DNA of 32,000 nucleotides from Acaryochloris marina S15 (lineage in GTDB: Bacteria; Cyanobacteriota; Cyanobacteriia; Thermosynechococcales; Thermosynechococcaceae): contig NZ_CP064923.1 of assembly GCF_018336915.1 (NCBI RefSeq), positions 5,310,001 through 5,342,000 on the forward strand, in the 5' to 3' direction. A model generated the notes under the pieces. That model was not told the DNA's origin, searched no databases, and worked only from the letters and a program-made list of their open reading frames with translations. A program made the translations under genes and the position numbers. Positions 25,750 through 32,000 of the stretch are shown here, piece by piece; position 1 is the stretch's first letter, and every line of letters starts with the position of its first letter.

Positions 25750-26910
25750 ATGTCCTCCCAACGTCGTACATTCAGCGCTAGTTTCAAAGCTAAGGTGGTT
25801 TTACAACTATTGCGTGGCGACAAAACAGCAATGGAGTTGTGTTGGACCTACAAACTCCACCCCAGTCTACTCAACCGCTGGCATCAAGAATCTCTAGACG
25901 AAACTCGCTGTCTTTGTGAAGCCCCTGTTGCTGATGAGAGAGTTCAGCAAATCTTACAGGCCGTGCCTTCTCAAGCGTTCTCACCATCTCAGGGATCGCA
26001 ACATCGCTTCTTGTCTGATGCCACGACGCGACGCGCATTTCTAGCTTTATTGGGCTTTGCAGGAGTAGGAGCAATGGGACTGCTGACCTCTTGTGAGTCC
26101 AATGAAATCGTGACGGTTGATGCTAAGGGCCGTACCGTTAACCGCCGCCGTCTCCCTCAACTACAAACTTTTACCGAAAATCTCGACAACAACACCTTAT
26201 TAGAGATGGTGTTGATACCTGGAGGCACCTTCACAATGGGTTCGCCCTCAAGTGAGTCAGAAAGGAATCAGGATGAAGGGCCGCAGCATGAGGTGAGTTT
26301 ACCTGACTTTTATCTGGGTAAGTATCCTGTGACTCAAGCTCAATGGCAAGCCATTATGGGTTCTAATGCCTCTCACTTCAAAGGCGCAAATCGTCCAGTT
26401 GAGCAAGTCACCTGGTACAAAGCTTTTGAATTTTGCCAGAAACTCTCCCAGAAAAGTGGCCAAATATATCATCTTCCCAGTGAGGCAGAATGGGAATATG
26501 CCTGTCGAGCGGGAACAACTACTCCCTTCTATACAGGGGAAATAATTACCCCTAAGCTCGCGAATTACGATGGTACTTTTACCTATGATGCTGGTCCTAA
26601 AGGGCAATATCGAGAACAGACGACTAACGTCGGTAGCTTTCCTCCAAATGCCTTTGGTCTATATGACATGCATGGCAATGTCTGGGAATGGTGCCATGAC
26701 ACTCCCCATAAAACATACACTGGAGCACCGACAGATGGAAGTGCTTGGATAGATGAGAATGATACTGATGATCGTATTATTCGCGGTGGCTCCTGGCTCA
26801 ACCCTCCAGGGAACTGTCGCTGTGCAGAGCGCTTCAGGTTCACTGCTGGATTCCGCAACTACAATCTTGGTTTTCGAGTAGCTTGGGTTGGGTCAAGTAC
26901 GCTTCCATAG
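25750..26910 (+). CDS. FGE-sulfatase (SUMF1/EgtB/PvdO-type) domain protein; the native product probably starts internally with a Tat/lipoprotein signal
   Basis: The core is LIPGGTFTMGSP...EGPQHEVSLPDFYLGKYPVTQAQW...RPVEQVTWYKAFEFC...LPSEAEWEYACRAGTTT...NAFGLYDMHGNVWEWC...RGGSW...LGFRV. TTRRAFLALLGFAGVGAMGLLTSC is a twin-arginine signal with a lipobox. TTG at 26011 gives MSDATTRRAFL.... The first ~50 codons of the track ORF are transposase-derived (see next feature). Confidence 0.85.
   Translation: MSSQRRTFSASFKAKVVLQLLRGDKTAMELCWTYKLHPSLLNRWHQESLDETRCLCEAPVADERVQQILQAVPSQAFSPSQGSQHRFLSDATTRRAFLALLGFAGVGAMGLLTSCESNEIVTVDAKGRTVNRRRLPQLQTFTENLDNNTLLEMVLIPGGTFTMGSPSSESERNQDEGPQHEVSLPDFYLGKYPVTQAQWQAIMGSNASHFKGANRPVEQVTWYKAFEFCQKLSQKSGQIYHLPSEAEWEYACRAGTTTPFYTGEIITPKLANYDGTFTYDAGPKGQYREQTTNVGSFPPNAFGLYDMHGNVWEWCHDTPHKTYTGAPTDGSAWIDENDTDDRIIRGGSWLNPPGNCRCAERFRFTAGFRNYNLGFRVAWVGSSTLP
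25759..25902 (+). mobile_element. Remnant of an IS3-family transposase orfA (HTH, COG2963-type), fused in frame to the downstream gene
   Basis: QRRTFSASFKAKVVLQLLRGDKTAMELCWTYKLHPSLLNRWHQESLDE follows the RRxFSxEFKAKVxLExLxGEKTxxELxxxYxxHPxQIxxWKxxLLE pattern of IS3-family orfA N-termini. No orfB, frameshift site or inverted repeats follow. Confidence 0.55.
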
Positions 26911-26977
26911 CTACCCTCTTGTTTCATACACCAATGGCGATTCCTGCGGATTTCTTGAACACAACCATCATTCTAGA

Positions 26978-27112
26978 AGGTCGCTAATCTTAGAACTAGG
27001 GACGCTTCAAGAGGCATCTATTATTGTGATGACTAGACTCTTGGCAGTGAATATTTGGACATTAGATGATCGAGATTTTGGCCGTTTTCAGGACCTGAAG
27101 CTTTGGAAGCAA
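26978..27112 (+). pseudogene. Possible 3' fragment of a PIN-domain (VapC-like) toxin gene
   Basis: Frame of track ORF 26888..27199: LILELGTLQEASIIVMTRLLAVNIWTLDDRDFGRFQDLKLWKQ resembles VapC C-termini (..T.N.RDFG+...L....W). The N-terminal two thirds of a PIN domain are absent. Confidence 0.25.
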
Positions 27113-27118
27113 GTAGGA

Positions 27119-28630
27119 TTAAGCTTTTTCCAACATCAGCTTTGTGCGTTTGAGAGGTTCAGGAATGGAGATGGGATAATCCCCTGTAAAGCAGGCTGAG
27201 CAATAATTTTCAGGATTACGGCCTGTTGCGGCTAACATGCCTTCCCAACTGAGATAGTTGAGGGAATCAACCCCAATTTTTTTAGCAATGTCTGAAGTGG
27301 AGGTTGTAGCTGCAATCAGCTGATCTTGATCATCGGTGTCAATGCCATAAAAGCAGGGATGGGTGACGGGGGGGGAAGAGACCCGCATATGGACTTCTGT
27401 GGCGCCTGCTTCTCGGAGGGCGCGGACGATTTTGTAGCTCGTCGTACCTCGGACAATCGAATCATCGACAATGATAATCCGCTTTCCTTCCAGAACATCC
27501 CGCAGCGGATTGAGCTTCATACGAATGCCAATTTCGCGCATGGCTTGGGTGGGTTGAATGAAGGTTCGGCCCACATAGCGATTTTTAATTAAGCCTTCTG
27601 CATAGGGAATGCCGCTGGCTTGGGAATATCCAATGGCTGCAGGAACACCAGAATCGGGAACCGCAATCACCATATCTGCATCGATGGGAGATTCTTTGCC
27701 GAGATGGTGACCGAGGCGCAAGCGATAGCTATAGAGACTTTCGCCTTTCATATGGCTGTCAGGGCGAGCAAAGTAAATCATCTCAAAGATGCACAACTTC
27801 CGCTCTGGTTTAGCGGCCCAAGTCTCTGAGGTTATACCGTCAGCGGTGATATGGACAATCTCACCGGGCTCAATCTCACGAACATGGGTGGCTCCGATAA
27901 TATCTAGGGCACAAGTTTCGGAGGCGAGGACGTAATGGGGCTTGTCGGGGTTATCTTCATTCTCAATGGTGCCCAGAACTAAGGGGCGAATCCCTTGGGG
28001 GTCACGAATCCCGAGAATGCCTGTGGGGGTGCCGATGACTAGACTGAACGCCCCTTCACTTTGTTGACAAGCTGAGATCGCACTTTGATGCCAATCCTTA
28101 CCAGTTTTGATCGCTTCACTAATGGCATAGGCAATCACCTCAGAATCTGTGGTGGTTTCTAGGGGGCAGTTTTTGGCCAGTAACTTTTCTCGAAAAGCGA
28201 CGGTGTTAACCAGATTGCCATTATGGGCTAGTGCTAGGGAGCCTTGGGACGTTTCAACTACTACGGGTTGGGCATTGGCGACCCGACTCGATCCGGTGGT
28301 GGAGTAGCGGGTATGACCAACGGCAATATAACCCGGTAAGTCATTCAAAATTGGTTCTGAAAAGACTTGGGACACCAAACCCATATTTTTATAGGAGTGA
28401 ATTTGGCCATCCGTTGTGTAGGTGGCAATTCCAGCTGATTCTTGACCCCGATGTTGGAGTGCATAGAGACCAAAGTAAGCGAGCTTTACGGCTTCTATGC
28501 CCGGCGCAAATACGCCAAACACCCCGCAAGCTTCTTCTGGTTTGTCGTCTGACCACGATTCAGCAGAAAGGTGGGGATCAACAGGATCGTTACCAGTTGG
28601 ACTCGATGGAACAGAAGCAGCAGGAAACAT
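27119..28630 (-). CDS. purF: Amidophosphoribosyltransferase
   Basis: CGVFGVF Ntn-nucleophile motif after a propeptide, then YALQHRGQESAGI and the PRT motif IIVDDSIVRGTT. Cys ligands CFYGID and CSACFTGDYP are present. 503 aa. Confidence 0.95.
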   Translation of the reverse strand: MFPAASVPSSPTGNDPVDPHLSAESWSDDKPEEACGVFGVFAPGIEAVKLAYFGLYALQHRGQESAGIATYTTDGQIHSYKNMGLVSQVFSEPILNDLPGYIAVGHTRYSTTGSSRVANAQPVVVETSQGSLALAHNGNLVNTVAFREKLLAKNCPLETTTDSEVIAYAISEAIKTGKDWHQSAISACQQSEGAFSLVIGTPTGILGIRDPQGIRPLVLGTIENEDNPDKPHYVLASETCALDIIGATHVREIEPGEIVHITADGITSETWAAKPERKLCIFEMIYFARPDSHMKGESLYSYRLRLGHHLGKESPIDADMVIAVPDSGVPAAIGYSQASGIPYAEGLIKNRYVGRTFIQPTQAMREIGIRMKLNPLRDVLEGKRIIIVDDSIVRGTTSYKIVRALREAGATEVHMRVSSPPVTHPCFYGIDTDDQDQLIAATTSTSDIAKKIGVDSLNYLSWEGMLAATGRNPENYCSACFTGDYPISIPEPLKRTKLMLEKA

Positions 28631-28714
28631 ATTAAGTCATTAAGTAAACGGAATAAACCAGAAAAACTGACACATTACAAACGTTTGTCCCTTCTAGCCA
28701 CAAGCAGCCTAGAT

Positions 28715-31096
28715 TTACGCTAGCTTGGACTCAATGGCTTGAGACCATCGTTGAGTGGCCTCCTCAATCCTAACCTTGATTAAGGTTTGGTGAACATTTG
28801 TTGTGAGGGTGAGCTCTGAATTGGGGGTGGTGACTGTTCCTATCTGTTGCCAATACTGAGGCAGATGTTCTTGTAAATAGGATTCCCAGGCGGCTTGATG
28901 AGTTGTGCTCACAGAAACGATAATCCTGGCCCCCCCTTCTCCAAATAAGATCTGATCCCAGCGGTTTGAACCGGTAGGAACCTGAATCTCAGCGCCTCGT
29001 TTTCCACTGATGCAAGATTCGGCTAGAGCCACGGCGATCCCTCCCTCTGCACTGTCATGGGCAGAGTGGAGCCAGCCCTGTTGAATGCCGTGACGGCAAG
29101 TGGCTTGGACTTGGGCTTCTAGATCTAAATCAGCATGGGGGGGTTCACCCGCGACCTGATGATGAATGCTGGCTAAATATTCAGTGCCTCCTAAGGTGAC
29201 GAGGTCACTTGGGGCTTCGATGAGAATCCCCAGTAAATAAATTAGATCACCTTCTGCTTGCCAACCTTGGAGACAGGTTTTGGTGAGATCGGGGACTAAA
29301 CCCACCATGCCAATCACAGGAGTGGGATAGATAGGCTGAGGTTGACCCTCGGCATCAAAGGTCTCGTTGTAGAGGGACACGTTGCCGCCAGTCACTGGAG
29401 TGCTGAGATGGCGACAGGCGTCTGAAAGTCCCCGGCAAGCTTCTGCCAATTGCCAATAGCCAACGGGTTTTTCTGGGCTGCCAAAGTTGAGATTATCGGT
29501 GACGGCAATGGGTTCTGCTCCGACACAACTTAAATTTCGAGCGGCTTCTGCTACGGTCATCTTGGCCCCTTCGTAGGGATCTAAATAGACATAGCGAGAG
29601 TTGCAGTCGATGGTGGCGGCGACGGCAGTTTGAGTGTCTACGTCTGGATCGGGGGTTTCTTGATTGACGACAGGACGGAGGCGCACGATGGTGGCGTCCG
29701 CATCACCGGGCAAGACGACGGTGTTATTTTGCACCTGATGATCGTATTGGCGATACACCCAGCGTTTGCTGGCAATCGTTGGTACTTGTAAGAGCTGTAG
29801 GAGAATGTCTGACCAGGAGTGTTGCTGGCCTTGAAGCTCGATGCCTTCGGCGGTGCAATTGGGGATGCGATCGCAACTCCACTCCCGTGCTTTCTGTACA
29901 TACTCAGGCGGTTCTGCCAAAACCTCATGCTTATAAATCGGCGTATTGTCTGATAAGGCCGTAGCGGGAATTTCCGCTGCCACTTCTCCCTGAAACCGGA
30001 TCTTCACAATCGGATCGGCGATTACCGAACCGGCGACAACCGCCTGTAGTCCCCAACGATGGAAGATATCAATCAGCTCCTGTTCCCGGCCTTTTTCCGC
30101 TACAAACAACATTCGCTCCTGGGATTCGGAGAGCAAATACTCGTAGGGCACCATCCCCGTTTCCCGATTGGGAATCAGATCTAAATCTAGATCAATGCCC
30201 ACGCCACCTTTTTCCGCCATTTCGGCGGTAGAACAGGTGAGGCCAGCGGCTCCCATATCTTGAGCAGCGACGACAGCCCCTGTTTGGAAGGCTTCTAGAC
30301 AGGCTTCAATTAAAGATTTTTCTAAAAAGGGGTCGCCCACCTGAACGGCAGGACGATCTTCTACTTCAGAGGTGGCATCCAGTTCTGCACTGGCAAAGCT
30401 GGCCCCACCCATGCCGTCTCTCCCAGTAGTAGAGCCAACATAAAGCACTGGATTGCCCACACCAGCTGCTCCTGCTTTGACAATCTCTGAGGTTTCCATC
30501 AGCCCCATGGCCATGGCATTGACCAAAGGATTGCCGTTATAAGCGGGGTCAAAATACACCTCACCACCAACGGTCGGCACACCGACGCAGTTGCCATAGT
30601 GAGCAATTCCGGCGACTACCCCACTAAATAAGCGGCGGGTGCGGGCATCATCTAGATCGCCGAATCGGAGGGAATTAAGTACGGCAATAGGGCGGGCGCC
30701 CATGGTGAAGATATCCCGTAAAATCCCCCCTACTCCAGTTGCCGCACCCTGAAAGGGCTCAACGGCAGAGGGATGGTTGTGGGACTCTACTTTAAAAGCA
30801 AGCTGTAGGCCATTGCCTAAATCCACGACTCCAGCATTTTCACCTGGCCCTACTAAGACATGCTTTCCTTCTGTGGGAAATTGCGAGAGTAAGGACCGCG
30901 AATTCTTATAGCAGCAATGCTCGGACCACATGACACCAAACATACCGAGTTCGGCTCGATTAGGATGACGGCCCAAGCGCTGAACAATATCGTCGTATTC
31001 TTCGGGCTTTAGCCCTTCAGCAGCAATTTCTTTAGGGGAAAAAGGAGAAGATCCAGGGCTTGCCATGTACTCTATACCAATCGCACAAGTCCCCAT
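28715..31096 (-). CDS. purL: Phosphoribosylformylglycinamidine synthase subunit PurL (FGAM synthase II)
   Basis: [53 protein letters not shown] and duplicated AIR-synthase-like domains. The second Met at 31066 ([10 protein letters not shown]...) is the more typical N-terminus. It sits upstream of purF on the same strand. Confidence 0.95.
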   Translation of the reverse strand: MGTCAIGIEYMASPGSSPFSPKEIAAEGLKPEEYDDIVQRLGRHPNRAELGMFGVMWSEHCCYKNSRSLLSQFPTEGKHVLVGPGENAGVVDLGNGLQLAFKVESHNHPSAVEPFQGAATGVGGILRDIFTMGARPIAVLNSLRFGDLDDARTRRLFSGVVAGIAHYGNCVGVPTVGGEVYFDPAYNGNPLVNAMAMGLMETSEIVKAGAAGVGNPVLYVGSTTGRDGMGGASFASAELDATSEVEDRPAVQVGDPFLEKSLIEACLEAFQTGAVVAAQDMGAAGLTCSTAEMAEKGGVGIDLDLDLIPNRETGMVPYEYLLSESQERMLFVAEKGREQELIDIFHRWGLQAVVAGSVIADPIVKIRFQGEVAAEIPATALSDNTPIYKHEVLAEPPEYVQKAREWSCDRIPNCTAEGIELQGQQHSWSDILLQLLQVPTIASKRWVYRQYDHQVQNNTVVLPGDADATIVRLRPVVNQETPDPDVDTQTAVAATIDCNSRYVYLDPYEGAKMTVAEAARNLSCVGAEPIAVTDNLNFGSPEKPVGYWQLAEACRGLSDACRHLSTPVTGGNVSLYNETFDAEGQPQPIYPTPVIGMVGLVPDLTKTCLQGWQAEGDLIYLLGILIEAPSDLVTLGGTEYLASIHHQVAGEPPHADLDLEAQVQATCRHGIQQGWLHSAHDSAEGGIAVALAESCISGKRGAEIQVPTGSNRWDQILFGEGGARIIVSVSTTHQAAWESYLQEHLPQYWQQIGTVTTPNSELTLTTNVHQTLIKVRIEEATQRWSQAIESKLA

Positions 31097-31177
31097 TGTA
31101 CAGGTTGATTTGAGCCATAGATTTCTACAAATCTATGGATGAAGATTTAGGATCAGATTGCTGCCAATTAGGATGAT

Positions 31178-31810
31178 TTAATTTTGTAGATGTGTCTGTG
31201 CCCATGTCCGAATAGCTTGGCGAAGTGTCCGTCTTCCTTGCTGACGATATTCCTCAATTAATTGTGGTAGTTCTCGAATTGGGAGCTGTGGAAACACTAA
31301 GCTATTAGCTGATTCTACATACGCTCCTTGGCGCAGATGGTAAATCGTTATCTGTCCATCGTCATAACACCATAGTTCAGGGACACCCAGTCGAGCATAA
31401 ATGGGTAAGCGGTTTAATGACTTGCTGGTTAAATCAATTTCTAACGATAAGTCAGGGGGCGGATCACGATCTAGGTCAAACGATAATTTTCCTCGAACCT
31501 TAGATTCATTTTGAAAGTAAAAGCAGTTATCTGGTTCTAGCCCTGCTTCTTGGATTTGCCGCCGCCAAGTTGTCGAACCATAGCTTTCATAATCGCGTTC
31601 CAGGACATCGGCTATTTCTTTGGTGGCCTCGCTGAGAACTTCTTTGTAATATTCGTGTTCTGGTAGAGGCGTCATAATTTCTAGAGTTCCGCGATCGTAG
31701 GCTAGACGAGCGGCACGATGATCTCCCAAGTCTTGGAGAAGAGCTTCAAATTGTTGCCAACTAATGTCATATAGGAGAATGCGATCGCATCTCCGAAACG
31801 TTGTAACCAT
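31178..31810 (-). CDS. Uma2-family (DUF820) putative endonuclease
   Basis: ISWQQFEALLQDLGDHRAARLAYDRGTLEIMTPLPEHE...GLEPDNCFYFQNE...DPPPDLSLEIDLTS...IYARLGVPELWCYD is the characteristic cyanobacterial Uma2 pattern. Confidence 0.85.
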   Translation of the reverse strand: MVTTFRRCDRILLYDISWQQFEALLQDLGDHRAARLAYDRGTLEIMTPLPEHEYYKEVLSEATKEIADVLERDYESYGSTTWRRQIQEAGLEPDNCFYFQNESKVRGKLSFDLDRDPPPDLSLEIDLTSKSLNRLPIYARLGVPELWCYDDGQITIYHLRQGAYVESANSLVFPQLPIRELPQLIEEYRQQGRRTLRQAIRTWAQTHLQN

Positions 31811-31855
31811 AAAATTTTAATGAACACCTATCCGTGATATTGGCAGTCAGTGCTT

Positions 31856-32000
31856 TTATAGAGACTTACCCCGATTATCTCGTACATCACAGACCCGGTG
31901 CCAGAGATCATGATCTTGGCGATAGATTTCCAGGGCTTGGATTGCTTCTTGGGCCGTTTTGTCACTGCCGTCTGCAACCAGATCTAGCAAAAACTGAAAT
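31856..32000 (-). CDS. C-terminal 47 codons of an unidentified ORF running off the right edge
   Basis: The reverse complement reads FQFLLDLVADGSDKTAQEAIQALEIYRQDHDLWHRVCDVRDNRGKSL* with its stop at 31858..31856. No recognisable motif. Confidence 0.3.
   Translation of the reverse strand, partial: FQFLLDLVADGSDKTAQEAIQALEIYRQDHDLWHRVCDVRDNRGKSL

Noticed and set aside
16768-26910. A functional link between the sulfotransferase and the FGE-sulfatase-domain protein
   Set aside because: FGE domains mature sulfatases and have no connection to sulfotransferases. No sulfatase gene is in the window, the two genes are ~8 kb apart in different transcription units, and this cyanobacterial FGE-like subfamily is not demonstrably a true FGE.
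26888-27199. 103-aa ORF as a real gene
   Set aside because: It overlaps the 3' ends of both the FGE-domain gene and purF. Only a short central stretch resembles anything (a PIN C-terminus). I kept it only as a low-confidence pseudogene fragment.
27316-29964. Internal or antisense ORFs within purF and purL (27316..27498, 27326..27592, 27620..27829, 28231..28635, 29638..29928, 29779..29964)
   Set aside because: They are nested in two highly conserved purine-biosynthesis genes. GC-rich coding DNA commonly leaves such frames open.

Overview
This looks like a cyanobacterial chromosomal segment. The octamer GCGATCGC (HIP1) occurs six times, and the housekeeping genes are typical: purL-purF, a 2-Cys peroxiredoxin, an NdbB-like NDH-2, a GtrB-like GT2 and a Uma2 endonuclease.

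Layout, left to right:
- 1-3.8 kb: a truncated TIGR03032-family gene, an ~890-bp very AT-rich divergent spacer, and an 825-aa secreted-type protein with nine ELWxxDGT repeats plus two RTX Ca-binding blocks.
- 3.9-6 kb: NDH-2 and the 2-Cys peroxiredoxin.
- 6.1-21.1 kb: a ~15-kb glycan or glycolipid locus. It contains GtrB-like GT2, a GT4 split into two ORFs, a tightly packed GlpD-like flavoprotein / DUF457 / HxH hydrolase / SAM methyltransferase / SDR epimerase operon, and a clearly more AT-rich cassette (FkbH-like loader, ACP, hexapeptide acyltransferase, sulfotransferase, Wzx flippase). It ends with a lipoprotein beta-propeller resembling PL11 lyases.
- 21.6-25 kb: a Crp/Fnr regulator converging with overlapping stop codons on a single bacterial dynamin-like protein, plus a small lipoprotein.
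- 25.3-27.1 kb: an orphan acidic protein, an FGE-sulfatase-domain gene whose annotated 5' end is an IS3 orfA remnant, and a PIN-toxin fragment.
- 27.1-32 kb: purF, purL, Uma2 and a truncated ORF.

I found no rRNA, tRNA or CRISPR array.

The best candidate for something undescribed is the glycan locus. The FkbH/ACP/LbH/sulfotransferase/Wzx cassette and the adjacent five-gene redox/methyl operon together suggest a sulfated, glycerate-type-acylated glycoconjugate. All functional calls rest on motif recognition by eye, with no database search.
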